64,000 nt of DNA from an uncultured Candidatus Rokubacteria bacterium (GCA_963747235.1 CAVVEU010000040.1:1-64000), one strand, 5' to 3'; positions 1 to 12,026 are shown, numbered from the stretch's first letter. Notes: a model not told the origin generated them from the sequence alone. Program-made: numbers and translations.

Positions 1-507
1 GTGCTCGACCTCGCCTCCCGAGGGGACCTGGTCGCGGCCTCGGGGCCGGCGCCGGTGATCGTGCCGTTGTCGCAGGCCGACTACCCGGCGGCGTGGGCGA
101 CGCCGAGCGCCCGCTTTGCACCCGTGCCAAGGACGCCCGGGACGATCGCGGCCGAGGTCGGCGTGCCGAGGGCCGGCGATTACGAGATCTGGCTCGGCGG
201 GTCGGTGCGCCCGCGGGTCGAGGTTCGCGTCGACGGCGAGTCGGCCGGGTCCTGCGCCGCCTGACTCAACAACGAGGGCCAGTACGTGCGGCTCGGCGCG
301 GCGCGGATGAGCGCCGGCCGGCATCTGGTCGAGATCGAGATCGCCGACGCGGACCTGCATCCGGGAGCGCCGGCTCGGCGGGCGCGATCGGGCCGCTCGT
401 GTCTCTCCGCGGGCGACGCGGCGGCCTCCCGCCTGATCAAGGTTCCCGCCGCCGGTGCGAGGAGCCTTTGCGGACGAGCATGGGACTGGATCGAGCTGGC
501 GAGCTGA
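1..507 (+). CDS. C-terminal fragment of a large hypothetical membrane/secreted protein (in-frame TGA at 262-264 probably from compensating indels)
   Basis: ORFs 1..264 and 286..507 are in the same frame and read as one beta-rich domain (YEIWLGGS...VEVRVDG...LNNEGQYVRLG...WDWIEL); 5' end lies outside the window. Confidence 0.5.
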
Positions 508-1874
508 ACCCGGACCGGCGCCTGCGCCGCGCGCTAGCCGTCGCGGTCGCGCTCGTGCTTGCCGACTCGTCGGTCGTCGTCCTCGCGCTCCCCGAGATCT
601 ACCGCGAGCTCGACGTCTCGGTCACGGCCGTCACCTGGGTGCTCGTCGCGTTCAACCTCGTGCTCGCGCTGGCGGCGCTGCCGGCCGCGAGTGCCGCGCG
701 GCGCTTCGGCCCGGCGCCGGGTCGCGCTCGCCGGCCTGCTCTGCTTCGGGCTCGCCAGCCTCATCTGCGGGCTCGCGGGGTCGATCGGGCTACTGCTCGC
801 GGCGCGTTGCGCGCAGGCGATCGGCGGCGCCGGCGCCGTCTGCGCGTCGCTCGAGCTGCTTCCGTCCGCGGTCGGATCGGAGCGGCGCGCCGCCACGATC
901 TGGGCGGCCTCGGGGGCGCTCGGGGCCGCGCTCGGGCCGGGGATCGGCGGCCTGCTAACCGAGCTGATCTCGTGGCAGTCGATCTTCTTCGTCCAGGTGC
1001 CGGTGGCGCTCGCCTGCGCCGTCGTCCTCGTCCCGACCGCCCGCGCGGAGCGCTCCCGGGCCACCCTGGTGGCCGAACTCGAGCCCGCCGGTCGCCCGCA
1101 CCTGGCCGCGAACGCGGCGCTGGCGCTCATCTCGGCGGCGCTGGCCGCGGCGCTGTTCTTGATCGTCCTGCTCTTGATCGAGGGCTGGCGCCTGACGCCG
1201 ATCGCCGCGGCCGCGGCGGTCACCGTGATGCCGATCTGCTCGCTCGCCGCCGCGCCGCTCCCAACCGGGTCGAGTCGGTCGCTGCGCGGGCCGCGCGGGC
1301 GTGATCCTGATCAGCGGCGGCCTCGCCGGTCTCGGCCTCCTGCCCGATGCCTCGCTGGCCCTGACCCTGCCGCCGCAGGCGCTGGTGGGGGCCGGACTCG
1401 CGCTGGCGCTCTCGGCGCTGACCGAGGCGGCGCTCGCCGGGCGCTCCGCCCCAGGCGATCCACGGCGGCTGGACGATCGCCGCTCGCCACGCCGGGGTGG
1501 TCGCCGGGCTGCTCGTGCTGACGCCGGTGTTCACCGCCGACCTCGAGACCGAGCGCGCCGACGCCGAGCAGGCGGGGATCGCCGCCCTGCTCGACGCGAG
1601 CGTCGACCCGTCGTCCAAGCTCGACCTGGCCTCGCGGATCGCCGACCAGATCGACGCCGAGGGCGACAAGGTTCCGGTCGTCGGCCCGGCCTTCGACCCG
1701 CTGCCCACCGATCCGGCCGAGCGCGCGGCAACGGTCGGGCTGCGCGACCGGATCGAGTCCGAGGTCGACAGCGCCGCCACGCACGCGTTCAGCGCCTCGT
1801 TCCTGATCGCGGCGGCGTTCGCGCTGGCGGCGCTGCTGCCGATCGTCCTCTCGCGCCGGCGGGTGGAGCTGTGA
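504..1874 (+). CDS. MFS transporter (DHA2-like), frameshifted about three times
   Basis: Hydrophobic segments spread over ORFs 93..1304 (LADSSVVVLALPEI), 559..1521 (LLAARCAQAIGG, GPGIGGLL), 1301.. and 1497..1874. Confidence 0.7.
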
Positions 1875-2381
1875 GCGGCCGGGCCCTGGTTCATCGGCGA
1901 CCGCCGCGGCGGTCGCGCTCGTCTGCGTCTACCTGGCGGCGGGCGGTGGCTCGTATGAGCCAACGCCGGTCGCCGACGCGTGTGCGCCTCGCGAGTGGAC
2001 GTCGCCCGAGGGCGCGGAGGAGATCGCCCAGCAGTTCCTGCTCTCGGCGCTGGACGGGGCCGCCTGCGAGCTCGGGGTCGCCGCGAGACCGTCGCGGCGG
2101 CGCTCGCGACCGATCAGTCGCGCCGGCGCTTTGCCGCCGAGCAGGGAATCGACGACGCCGAGCTCGAGGCCGCGGTGCGGGCCGGAGTGGTGCGGGCGAT
2201 CGACGATGCCGAGGCCGCCGGCGCGATCGGCTCCGTCGTCGCGTCGGGCCTGCGAGCTCTGGCCGAGCGGCTCCCCGTCGACGAGGCGATCGGGCTGATC
2301 GCCGACGCGAGCTCGCTGCTCGACGGCGCCGACGGAGCGGTCGGCGGGCTTCTCGACCAGGTCGGGGGGCTGTTGCCTTAG
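1871..2381 (+). CDS. Hypothetical membrane-anchored protein, frameshifted
   Basis: GTG overlaps the MFS stop; pieces YLAAGGGSYEP, LSALDGAACELG and ETVAAAL...GGLLP fall in different frames. Confidence 0.5.
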
Positions 2382-2382
2382 C

Positions 2383-2901
2383 TCAGCAGCTCCGCGGCGC
2401 TCCAGCAGTGCCCGAGCGGGCGAACCCGGGTGGGGTGATGTCGCCCTCGTAATGGGTCTTGAGGCCCGGCGGCGCGGCCGTCGGCGTGTCGACCATCATC
2501 AGGAAGCCGGTCGTCCCGGTGAGGCCGCCGCTCGCCGCGACGATGCGGTGGGCGCAGGTCCCGAGCTCGATCACCTCGCCGTCCTGAATCGCGGCCCAGT
2601 AGCGGAACCTGAACTCCAGCTTGCCGGTTGGATCGCCGCTGCACGAGCCGTCGCGGGCGACGTCGACGCAGCCGTTGAAGCGCTCGCGTCCCTTTGCCTT
2701 GAACACGGGCTTCGTCTTCTTGACGTGGAAGGCGGTGACCTTCCACTTGCCCTTCAGACCTCCGGTCATCCGGAACTTCTCGCCGTTGTTGCCGACCGGC
2801 TTCTGCTGGCCCGACACGTAGAAGGCTCCGGCGGTCGGGACAACGACCAGGATGAGCAGAATCGAGAGCGCGAAGCCGAACCGCGCCGATCTGAGTTGCA
2901 T
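2383..2901 (-). CDS. Secreted hypothetical protein (172 aa)
   Basis: N-terminal signal peptide, GGGAG SD upstream, beta-strand-rich body with three Cys. Confidence 0.7.
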   Translation of the reverse strand: MQLRSARFGFALSILLILVVVPTAGAFYVSGQQKPVGNNGEKFRMTGGLKGKWKVTAFHVKKTKPVFKAKGRERFNGCVDVARDGSCSGDPTGKLEFRFRYWAAIQDGEVIELGTCAHRIVAASGGLTGTTGFLMMVDTPTAAPPGLKTHYEGDITPPGFARSGTAGAPRSC

Positions 2902-2999
2902 GGGGGCTCCCTTCGATTTGTCGACGCGGCTTCCGGTCGCGTCGATCCGACCCTAACCCCGCCCTTGCGGAGCGTCAAATCCACGCCCGGCCAAGGTCG

Positions 3000-3375
3000 C
3001 TAGTCGGTGGCTCGCCACGCCCAGAGCATGGCCAGCGGCTGCAGCGGCAGTCGCAGCCACAGGAGCGCGCGCGGGATCCGGTCGATCGGAACGCCGCCGG
3101 CCCGGCGACCCCGCCGGGTCCGCCGCCATGTGGACGTTCGCGGGGAAGACGGCCAGCAGCAGGCCGAGCAGCCACCAGCGCCCGAACCGCCGCGTGCGCG
3201 CCGGCAGCACGGCGAGGCCCCCGGCGATCTCGGCGTAGCCGCTCCACCGGACGGCGTCCTCGGGTGAGATCGGGATGTACTCGGGCACGGTCGCCTCGTA
3301 CTCGCGCGGGCGGATGAAGTGCATCGCCCCGGCGAACAGCCAGAAGACGGCGAGGGGGAATCGCGAGCGGTTCAC
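3000..3375 (-). CDS. DoxX-family membrane protein, one frameshift near 3110
   Basis: AGAMHF...EIAGG...[10 protein letters not shown], continuing in another frame as [10 protein letters not shown]. Confidence 0.75.
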
Positions 3376-3392
3376 GGCCCGATCGTCTCAGC

Positions 3393-4708
3393 TCACCGGT
3401 CGACTTGCGCCGCCGCCGTGCCCGTGGCCAGGTCGCGCTGCGGGGCGAAGACCAGCGCGACCTCGCGTCCGCTCGCCGCGAGCGCCGCAAAGCCGCCATC
3501 GAGGCTCCAGGCGCCGCCGCCGAGCGCCCGAGCGCTCAGCCCTTGTTCGAGATACGGGGCCGCGGCGCGTTCGAACTCGCGCGCGTCTGCCTCGGTGTCG
3601 AAGGCCCACTCGGCTGCGAGCGCCAGGTCGGCGCGACACGGGTACTCGCAGTCGCCGGGCGCAACGTCGCGGCGCCAGAGCTCGTAGCGGTCGCCGTCCC
3701 AGCCGGCCGCGGCGCCGGCGGCGAGCGCGGGCTCGGCGCCGACCCGGAGCAGGTAGGAGGTCGCCAGCTCGCCGAACACGTTCGCGTCGGCGAGCCGCCA
3801 GCCACGCTCCCGCAGCGGAGCGCCGTCGATCCGGAGCGGCCCGGGGCGCTCATCGCGCACGTACTTGCGCGGATGCAGGACCTGCTCCGTGCTCGCCGGC
3901 GGGCGCGAGCCGAGCGCGTAGTCGACGAGCTTCCAGCCGCCGCCGAGCGCCCGGAGGTCGGCGACGAAGCGCATCCCGCCGAGGTAGGACCAGGTGAGCT
4001 GGTCGACGTACGCCTGCGGCACGTCGCCGGTGCCCTCGTCGATCGTCTGGCTCGCGGCGAGCAGCTCGAACGGGTCGAGGGCGCTGTTGCCGAACTCGGT
4101 GATCAGCTCGGTCGCAGATCCCTCGGTCAGCGCCTGGCGGGCGAGCGCCTCGTCGTCGTTCAGACGGGAGCCCCCGCCGATCCCGAAGGCCTGGTGCTCG
4201 AGCGCGTGGTCGAGCTCGTGGGCGAGGACGAACTCGACCAGCGCCCGGTTGGCGACGACCGCGTCGGAGACGATGTAGAGCCGCTTCGTCTTCGGGTCGT
4301 AGGCAGCCGCCGCGAGATCGCCGGTCGACTCGTAGGCGGATTCGAGCTGCTCGCCCGGCTCGAGCAGGCCGATGATCGCTCCGGTCGCGTCGTCGGCCCC
4401 GAGGCCGAGCCCGCCCGGCTGGTCGGCGAGCTCGCGCAGGCCGAGCCGGTTGAGGAAGGCGCTGGTCACGACCTCCGGCTTCGGCAGCTTGTCGAAGCGA
4501 AGGCCGCGCACCCGCTCGACCTCGCGCGCCACCCGGGGTGTCGCGGCGATGCTGATCCTGGTCAGCTGCTCGGGGTCGAGCCGATCGCCGGCCTCCGCGG
4601 CGGCCGGCTCGGCCGCGGGGGCGGGTCGCCCGCCGGCCCGGCGAGCGCCAGCGCCCCGCCGAGCGCCAGCAGGATCAGCAGTGAGGACCAGAGCTGCGCC
4701 CGCCGCAT
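3393..4708 (-). CDS. Secreted putative zinc metalloprotease-like protein (frameshift in N-terminal region)
   Basis: HELDHALE (HExxH) plus downstream EGSA; [20 protein letters not shown] and AAAGWDGD motifs; signal-like [16 protein letters not shown] at 4708. Confidence 0.65.
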
Positions 4709-4745
4709 CGGTGCCGAGTATGACGGCCGCTATGTTGGGTCGGCG

Positions 4746-6746
4746 ATGCCCGACTTCAAGCTCAACCCCGCCTACTCGCCGACCGCGGACCAGCCGCGGG
4801 CGATCGAGTCGATCGCCGAGGGTCTCGAGGCGGGCGAGGAGTTCGTCACCCTGCTCGGCGCGACCGGGACCGGGAAGACGTTCACGATGGCGGCGACGAT
4901 CGAGCGGGTCCAGCGGCCCGCCCTGGTGATCGCCCACAACAAGACCCTCGCCGCGCAGCTCTGCAACGAGTTCCGCGAGTTCTTCCCCGACAACGTGGTC
5001 GAGTACTTCGTCAGCTACTACGACTACTACCAGCCCGAGGCCTACGTCCCTCATCAGGACCTCTACATCGAGAAGGACTCGTCGATCAACGACGAGATCG
5101 ACCGGCTGCGCCACGCCGCGACCGCCTCGCTGCTGGCCCGCCGCGACGTCGTCATCGTCGCCTCGGTCTCGTGCATCTTCGGGATCGGCTCGCCGGAGCT
5201 GTACCGGCGCCAGATGCAGCTGTTCAAGGTCGGCGAGTGGATCGACCGCCACGAGCTCTTCCGCAAGCTGGTCGGGATGCAGTACACGCGCAACGAGACC
5301 GCGCTCACCCGCGGCACCTTCCGGGCCCGTGGCGAGATGCTCGAGATCTTCCCCGCCTACGCCGAGTCCGCGTATCGCGTCAACCTGTTCGGCGACGAGA
5401 TCGAGTCGATCCACCACTTCGACCCGCTGACCGGTGAGATCTACGACGAGATCGACCACGTCGCAGTGTGGCCGGCGAGCCATTACGCGACCGAGGAGGA
5501 GACCCTCGAGCGCGCGGTGATCGAGATCAAGGCCGAGCTCGACGAGCGGCTGGCCTGGTTTCACGAGCGCGGCAAGGAGCTCGAGGCGCACCGCCTGCTG
5601 CAGCGCACCCAGTACGACATCGAGATGCTCAAGGAGCTCGGCTTCACGTCCGGGATCGAGAACTACTCGCGGATCTTCGACGGCCGCGAGCCGGGATCGC
5701 CGCCGCACACGCTGATCGACTACTTCCCCGACGACTTCGTCACCTTCGTCGACGAGTCCCACCAGACGGTGCCCCAGATCGGCGGCATGTACGAGGGGGA
5801 CCGCTCGCGCAAGCAGACCCTCGTCGACTTCGGCTTCCGGCTGCCCTCGGCGATGGACAACCGGCCGCTCAAGTTCGACGAGTTCTTGCCCCGCGTCGGC
5901 CAGCTGGTCATGGTCTCCGCGACCCCCGGCGAGTTCGAGCGATCGACCGCGAGCCGGATCGTCGAGCAGATCGTCCGCCCGACCGGGATCGTCGACCCCG
6001 AGATCGAGGTCCGCGAGACCCGCAACCAGATCGACGACCTGATGAACGAGGTCCGCCGCCGCGCCGACCGCCAGGAGCGGACGCTGGTGACGACGCTGAC
6101 CAAGAAGATGGCCGAGGACCTGACCGGGTACCTGCTCGAGCATGGGCTCAAGGTGCGCTACCTGCACTCCGAGGTCGACACGCTCGAGCGGATCCAGATC
6201 ATCCGCGACCTGCGCCTCGGCGAGTACGACGTCCTGGTGGGCGTCAACCTGCTGCGCGAGGGCCTCGACCTGCCGGAGGTGACGCTGGTCGCGATCCTCG
6301 ACGCCGACAAGGAGGGCTTCTTGCGTGGCGAGACGTCGCTGATCCAGACGATCGGGCGCGCCGCCCGCAACGTCGACGGCAAGGTGCTCATGTACGCAGA
6401 CCGGGAGACGGCGGCGATGCGCAGCGCGATCTCCGAGACGGACCGCCGTCGCGAGATCCAGCTCGCCTACAACCGCGAGCACGGGATCACCCCGGAGACG
6501 GTCAAGAAGGGCATCTCCGACATCGCGGAGTTCCTGTCGATGGAGACGCGCGCCACGCCCGACCGGCGTCGCCGCGTCAGCGCCGGCGACGGCGAGCCGA
6601 TGAGCCGCGAGCAGCTCGAGAAGGTCGTGGTCGAGCTCGAGGAGGAGATGCTCGCCGCCTCGGAGGAGCTGCGCTTCGAGGAGGCCGCGCGGATCCGCGA
6701 CGAGCTCAAGGAACTGCGCCGCGACCTCGAGGGCCTGACCGCCTGA
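4746..6746 (+). CDS. uvrB: Excinuclease ABC subunit B
   Basis: GATGTGKT Walker [44 protein letters not shown] and C-terminal UVR motif FEEAARIRD. Confidence 0.98.
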   Translation: MPDFKLNPAYSPTADQPRAIESIAEGLEAGEEFVTLLGATGTGKTFTMAATIERVQRPALVIAHNKTLAAQLCNEFREFFPDNVVEYFVSYYDYYQPEAYVPHQDLYIEKDSSINDEIDRLRHAATASLLARRDVVIVASVSCIFGIGSPELYRRQMQLFKVGEWIDRHELFRKLVGMQYTRNETALTRGTFRARGEMLEIFPAYAESAYRVNLFGDEIESIHHFDPLTGEIYDEIDHVAVWPASHYATEEETLERAVIEIKAELDERLAWFHERGKELEAHRLLQRTQYDIEMLKELGFTSGIENYSRIFDGREPGSPPHTLIDYFPDDFVTFVDESHQTVPQIGGMYEGDRSRKQTLVDFGFRLPSAMDNRPLKFDEFLPRVGQLVMVSATPGEFERSTASRIVEQIVRPTGIVDPEIEVRETRNQIDDLMNEVRRRADRQERTLVTTLTKKMAEDLTGYLLEHGLKVRYLHSEVDTLERIQIIRDLRLGEYDVLVGVNLLREGLDLPEVTLVAILDADKEGFLRGETSLIQTIGRAARNVDGKVLMYADRETAAMRSAISETDRRREIQLAYNREHGITPETVKKGISDIAEFLSMETRATPDRRRRVSAGDGEPMSREQLEKVVVELEEEMLAASEELRFEEAARIRDELKELRRDLEGLTA

Positions 6747-6755
6747 GCGCTGGCC

Positions 6756-8591
6756 ATGTCGGCGCTCGGCGACCTCTCGGCGGCGCTGCTACCTCCGGAG
6801 GCGGGAGGCCCCGGTCCCGAGCGCGTCGCCGGCGCGGCGCGGACGATGATCGCCGCGATGCCAGCCTCCACCCGTGTGGCGCTGGGCGCCGGCCTGCTGG
6901 CGCTCGAGGGGGCCTCGCTGGCCCGCTACGGGCGCCCGCTCGGGCGGCTGGCGCCGCGCCGGCGCAGCGCGCTTCTGGGTTCGCTCGCGGCCTCGGGCGC
7001 GCTCGGGGCCGGGGCCGTCGACGCGCTCAAGGCGGTCGTGATGATGGCCGCCGGGGCGCAGGAATACGCCGCCGAGATCGCTGCCACCGCAACCCGCCTT
7101 CCGCCGGTGATCCCGGATCCGCCGCTGACGCTGGTCGCGGCGGGCGAGATCGGGCCGACGGCGTGCGACGTGATCGTGATCGGGTCCGGCGCGGGCGGCG
7201 CCTTCGCCGCTCGCGAGCTCGCTCGCGCCGGTCTCGGCGTGCTGGTGCTCGAGGAGGGCGAGCGGTGGGACTCGGCCCGCCTGCGGGCCGCCGGCCCGTT
7301 GCAGCGGTTTGCATCGCTGTATCGCGACGGCGCCGCGACGATGGCGCTCGGGACGCCGCCGATCGCATTGCCGCTCGGGCGCGCCGTCGGCGGCACCACC
7401 GTGATCAACTCGGGCACCTGCTATCGGCCCCCGGAGGCGGTGGTCGCCCGCTGGCGCGACGAGCACGGCAACGCGCTGGCCGGTGACGGCTACGCGGACC
7501 GCCTGGCCGAGGTCGAGGCGGCGATCGGCGTCGGCCCGGTGCCCGCCGAGGTGATGGGCCGAAACGGCGAGCTCGCGCTCGCGGGAGCGGCGGCGCTCGG
7601 CTGGCGCTCGGGGCCGCTCCAGCGCAACGCTCCCGGGTGCCGGGGCGCCTGTCAGTGCGCGATCGGGTGTCCCAACAACGCGAAGGCCGGCGTGCACCTG
7701 AACGCGCTCCCGGACGCCTGCGAGGCGGGCGCGAGGATCGTCACCGGGCTGCGGGTCGAGCGCGTCGTGCACGATCGGGGGCGCGCGACCGGGGTGCGGG
7801 CGCGGCGCCCGGACGGCACGTGGTCGAGCTCCGAGCGCCGCGCGTGATCGTCGCTTGTGGAGCGATCGAGACGCCGCCGCTTCTGCGCCGCAGCCGGCTC
7901 GCTGGTCACCCGCAGCTCGGTCGGGGGCTGTCGATCGCACCCGGCGCTCGCCGTCCACGGCTCGTTCGACGAGCCGGTGTTCGCCTGGCGCGGGGTGTTG
8001 CAGAGCGCCGGGATCGAGGAGCTGCACCAGCGCGACGGGATCCTGATCGAGGCGACTTCGACCCCGCCCGGAATGGGGGCGATCGCCTATCCGGGGGCCG
8101 GGGAGGAGCTGGTCAGCGCGCTCGCGAGAGCCGAGCGCACCGCGACGCTCGGGGCGATGATCGCCGACGGTCCCCCTCGGGCCGGGTGCTCGGCCGCCGC
8201 CGCCCGGTGGTCCTCTACCGGCTCTCGGCCGCCGACGGGGGGCGCCTGCGCCGGGCGCTGGCGGCGGTCGCCCGCATCCTGCTCGCGGCTGGAGCCGAGC
8301 GGGTCGAGCTCGGCGCGGGCCTGGCACCGGCGACCGCTGCCGATCGCCTCGACGAGGTCGTGGTCGAGGCCGACCTGCGGCGGTTGCGCCTCGCGGCGTT
8401 TCACCCGACCGGCACCGCCGGTGCGGGCGCCGACCGGCTCGCCACCCGGCCGGCCCGACCGGGGCCCTGCGCGGCGTCGACGGCGTCTGGGTCGCGGATG
8501 GCTCGATCCTGCCGAGCTGCCCCGGCGTCAACCCGCAGGTCTCGATCATGGCGATGGCGAGCGCGGTCGGCCGGCCGCCGCCACCGTCTGA
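6756..8591 (+). CDS. GMC-family FAD oxidoreductase, several frameshifts
   Basis: VIGSGAGG, GRAVGGTTVIN, CxxCxxGC; later frames give ACGAIETP, AFHPTGT and DGSILPSCPGVNPQVSIMA. Confidence 0.85.
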
Positions 8592-8605
8592 GTACCCTGA
8601 CCCGT

Positions 8606-8790
8606 ATGGATGGAGAGCAGATCGTTCACGAGGTGGCGGAGAAGGTCAGAGCCCTGATCACCGATGCGGAGGCGAGGGCGGCCGAGATCGTCCGCGACGC
8701 CGAGGCGGAGGCGAAGCGGATCCGCGAGTGCGCGCAGGCGGAGTCCGACGAGCGGCTCGCGGCAGCGCGCAGCGCCTTCGAGGAGTTGAC
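8606..8790 (+). pseudogene. Coiled-coil (DivIVA-like) protein truncated at the junction
   Basis: MDGEQIVHEVAEKVRALITDAEARAAEIVRDAEAEAKRIRE...FEEL, then an abrupt switch to unrelated coding sequence. Confidence 0.5.
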
Positions 8791-9135
8791 ACCGGCTATC
8801 CCGACGTGGCGGGAGCCTGGGTGAACACCGGCGCCTTGCTGTCCCGGATGAACTTCGCCCTGGCGCTGTCCCAGAATCGGCTACCCGGAGTCCGCGTGGA
8901 CCTGGCGGGCTCCCTCGGCGCGGTCGATCGCGCGCGGCCCGCCGCGGTGCTCGACCGCATCATCGCGGTGGTCCTCCACGGCGACGTCTCGCCGAAGACT
9001 CGCGAGGTGCTCCGCGCGCAGCTCGACAGCCCGGAGATCGTGCGCGCCACCGCCGACGACCGCGGCCCACGCAACACGGACGTGGAGAAGCTCGCCGCGC
9101 TGGTGCTGGGCTCACCCGAATTCCAGAGGAGATAG
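8791..9135 (+). pseudogene. DUF1800-family protein, C-terminal fragment only
   Basis: TGYPDVAGAWVNTGALLSRMNFA...LVLGSPEFQRR is the typical DUF1800 C-terminus; lies directly upstream of DUF1501; no 5' part present. Confidence 0.8.
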
Positions 9136-9136
9136 C

Positions 9137-10411
9137 ATGCATTCCTGCACGCGGCGGGCGTTCATGAAGTCGGGCGCGCTCGGCCTCTTCGGCGCCGGCC
9201 TGGCCGGCATCCCCCAGTTCCTCGTTCGCGCCGCCCATGCCCAGGCGCCGGCGGGCCGGCCCAAGGTGCTGATCGCGGTATTCCAGCGGGGCGCCGTGGA
9301 CGGGCTCAGCATGGTGGTGCCGCACGGCGATGCCGACTACTACGCCGCGCGCAGCAGCACCGCGATCGCGCGGCCCGCGGCCGGGCGCGACGATGCCGCC
9401 CTCGATCTCGACGGCTTCTTCGGCTTCCACCCCGCGCTCTCCCCGCTCAAGCCGCTCTGGGATGCGCGGCGCCTCGCGGTGGTGCACGCCTGCGGATCAC
9501 CGGACACCACCCGCTCCCACTTCGACGCGCAGGACTACATGGAGTCCGGCACGCCCGGCGTGAAGGCCACCGCCGACGGCTGGCTCGCCCGCGGCATGCA
9601 GGCCCTGCCGCGCGGCGGCGCCTCGCCCCTCCGGGCCGTCTCGATGGGCCCGCAGCTCCCGCGCATTCTCCGCGGAGAGGCGGGAGCGGTCGCGATGGGG
9701 AGCATCGGGGAGTTCGACGTGAAGGCCGAGCCCGCGGCGATGCCGGGCGCGGTGGACCCGCGGCGCGGCTTCGAGTCCATGTACGAGCAGGGCGTGCGCG
9801 ACCTCATCTACGGGACCGGCCGCGAGACCTTCGAGGCGGTGAAGATGCTGCGCGGGGTCAGCCCGCAGCGCCTCGCGCCCGCCAACGGCGCCCAGTATCC
9901 GCGCGGCCGCTTCGGCGAGAGCCTCAAGCAGATCGCCCAGCTCGTCCGGGCCGACGTGGGCGTGGAGGTGGCCTTCGCCGACACCGGCGGCTGGGACACG
10001 CATGTCGGCCAGGGCAACGAGCGCGGCCCGCTGGCCAACCGTCTCACCGATCTTGGCCAGGGGCTCGCCGCGCTCGAGCGCGACCTCGGGGAGCGGATGG
10101 AGGATGTGGTGGTGCTCACCATGTCCGAGTTCGGCCGCGAGGTTCGCGAGAACGGCAATCGCGGCACCGATCACGGCCACGCGACGGCCATGCTGGTCCT
10201 GGGCGGACCCGTCCGCGGCGGCCAGGTGCGCGGGCGCTGGCCCGGGCTCCAGCGCGATCAGCTCTTCGAGGGCCGCGACCTCGCCGTCACCACCGACTTC
10301 CGCCACCTCTTCGCCGAGGTCGCCCAGCGCCACCTGCGCGTGCCCGCCGCGGCGCCGCTGTTCCCCGGCTTCACGGCCAACCCGGCCGGCTATCCCGGCG
10401 TGCTCGCGTAG
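9137..10411 (+). CDS. DUF1501-family Tat-exported protein
   Basis: TRRAFMK twin-arginine signal; QRGAVDGL, TRSHFDAQ, GGWDTH, SEFGR, GTDHG. Confidence 0.9.
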   Translation: MHSCTRRAFMKSGALGLFGAGLAGIPQFLVRAAHAQAPAGRPKVLIAVFQRGAVDGLSMVVPHGDADYYAARSSTAIARPAAGRDDAALDLDGFFGFHPALSPLKPLWDARRLAVVHACGSPDTTRSHFDAQDYMESGTPGVKATADGWLARGMQALPRGGASPLRAVSMGPQLPRILRGEAGAVAMGSIGEFDVKAEPAAMPGAVDPRRGFESMYEQGVRDLIYGTGRETFEAVKMLRGVSPQRLAPANGAQYPRGRFGESLKQIAQLVRADVGVEVAFADTGGWDTHVGQGNERGPLANRLTDLGQGLAALERDLGERMEDVVVLTMSEFGREVRENGNRGTDHGHATAMLVLGGPVRGGQVRGRWPGLQRDQLFEGRDLAVTTDFRHLFAEVAQRHLRVPAAAPLFPGFTANPAGYPGVLA

Positions 10412-10456
10412 CTCGACCCGGTCCTGCTTCACGGGGCCGTCAGCGTGTCGCGCGTG

Positions 10457-10861
10457 TCAGGGCAGCGTCTTGGCCACCGTCGTCTTCGTCGAGCCGTCGC
10501 TGCGCGTCAGGACGATCGCGCGCCGCCCGTCACCCTCGTGGACCCACCCCTGGCCGGTGGCGACCCGCCCCTGGCCCAGCATCTCGTTGTACTGATAGGT
10601 GAGGGAGCCGTCCGAGACCAGCGCCATCTGCCCGACCGTCCGGAAGCCCTTGGGGTCGCCGACGACGAGCTCGAACGAGCCGTTGGGCTCCAGCACGAGC
10701 CGGACCGCGCGGTTGAGCTCGCTCGCCTCGTTCATGGTGCCCGTGTACGTCCCGGCCAGGCTCCGGAAGTCGCTCACCGCCACGCGGTTGGGCGGCAGCG
10801 TGGGAGCACACGCGGCCACCGTGATCGCGATCAGGCCGAACGCCAGCTGTCGCATCCTCAT
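10457..10861 (-). CDS. Hypothetical lipoprotein
   Basis: Signal peptide with lipobox VAAC; GGAG SD upstream. Confidence 0.7.
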   Translation of the reverse strand: MRMRQLAFGLIAITVAACAPTLPPNRVAVSDFRSLAGTYTGTMNEASELNRAVRLVLEPNGSFELVVGDPKGFRTVGQMALVSDGSLTYQYNEMLGQGRVATGQGWVHEGDGRRAIVLTRSDGSTKTTVAKTLP

Positions 10862-10907
10862 CGTCGCTCTCCTCCTCCGTCCAGCATGGCACGGGGAGCA
10901 AGAGGGG

Positions 10908-11906
10908 CTAGGGCTCCGAGCCGGGCGTGGGCGCGGCGGGATCGAGGAGCCCGGCGTCCTTCAGATCCGCCCACAGCCCGGCCGGGATGGGACGCTCGAG
11001 CAGGCCCACGTTCTCCTCGACCTCGGCGATCGAGCGCGCGCCGGGGATCACCGAGACGATGGCCGGGTGGGCGAGCACGAACTGGAGCGCGGCCGCGCGC
11101 AGGTCCACCTCGTGGCGGGCGCACACGGCCGCGATGCGCTGGGCCTTGCCCATCATCGCCGCGTCGGCCGGACGGTAGTTGTACGTCGCGCCCTCGCGCG
11201 GGCCCACCGCGAGGATCCCGCTGTTGTAGGGGCCGCCCGCCACGACCGCGATCCCGCGCTCCCGGCAGTACGGCAGGAACTCCGGCAGCGCGCTCTGGTC
11301 GAGCAGCGTGTAGCGGCCGGCGAGCAGGAAGCAGTCACAGAAGCCGCGCCGCGCGAAGTCCAGTTCCATCTGCCACTGGTTCATCCCGGCGCCGATGGCC
11401 TTCACCTGCCCCTGCGCGCGCAGTTCCATCAGCACGGGGAACGCCTCCGCCACGGCCTGGGCGTGGTGATCGTCCGGATCGTGAACGAAGAGGATGTCCA
11501 CGCGCTCGAGCCCCAAACGCTCCAGCGAGGACTCGAACGAGGCGCGCACCCCGGCCGCGCTGAAGTCGAAGGCCCAGGTCGGCGGCGTGCCAGGCCGCAG
11601 CACGCGCCCCACCTTGGTCGACAGCACGAAGCGGTCCCGTGGCACCCCGCGCAGCGCCCGACCGTAGCGCGCCTCGCTCTGGCCGACCCCGTACATCGGC
11701 GCGGTATCAAGGTAGGTCAGCCCGAGCGCGAGGCTCCGGCGGATGAGCGCGACGCCCTCGTCCTCCGGCGTGGCGCGCTGGGGGTCGGTGGCGGGCGGCG
11801 CGCCGGAGAGCGCCACGCCGCCCAGCCCCAGCCGCGAGACGCGCACGCCGGTGCGCCCGATCTCGGCGGTGTCGGTGGCGCGGGGAGCCGGCGAAGGCGA
11901 GGCCAT
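10908..11906 (-). CDS. Aldo/keto reductase
   Basis: SRLGLGG, DTAPMYG, STKVG, SLERLG...HDPD, LLAGRYTLL, GPYNSG. Confidence 0.92.
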   Translation of the reverse strand: MASPSPAPRATDTAEIGRTGVRVSRLGLGGVALSGAPPATDPQRATPEDEGVALIRRSLALGLTYLDTAPMYGVGQSEARYGRALRGVPRDRFVLSTKVGRVLRPGTPPTWAFDFSAAGVRASFESSLERLGLERVDILFVHDPDDHHAQAVAEAFPVLMELRAQGQVKAIGAGMNQWQMELDFARRGFCDCFLLAGRYTLLDQSALPEFLPYCRERGIAVVAGGPYNSGILAVGPREGATYNYRPADAAMMGKAQRIAAVCARHEVDLRAAALQFVLAHPAIVSVIPGARSIAEVEENVGLLERPIPAGLWADLKDAGLLDPAAPTPGSEP

Positions 11907-12026
11907 GGGCGCGTGCAGGGCGATACTGGGTGGCTGCGGTGTGCTTGTCAACCACGGAGCGACGAGATCCCTTTTTTACAGGATCTTTACTGGACACGGC
12001 CTGGGAGCCGGTTCACCGTGATCTAC

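Noticed and set aside
250-290. In-frame TGA at 262-264 as another selenocysteine
   Set aside because: Lies in the error-rich left segment, has no redox motif or CGUG hairpin, and is explained by two compensating indels
500-8600. Programmed frameshifting or mass pseudogenisation of MFS, DoxX and GMC genes
   Set aside because: Breaks are scattered single-base indels in GC runs without slippery-site/hairpin signatures, typical of long-read error
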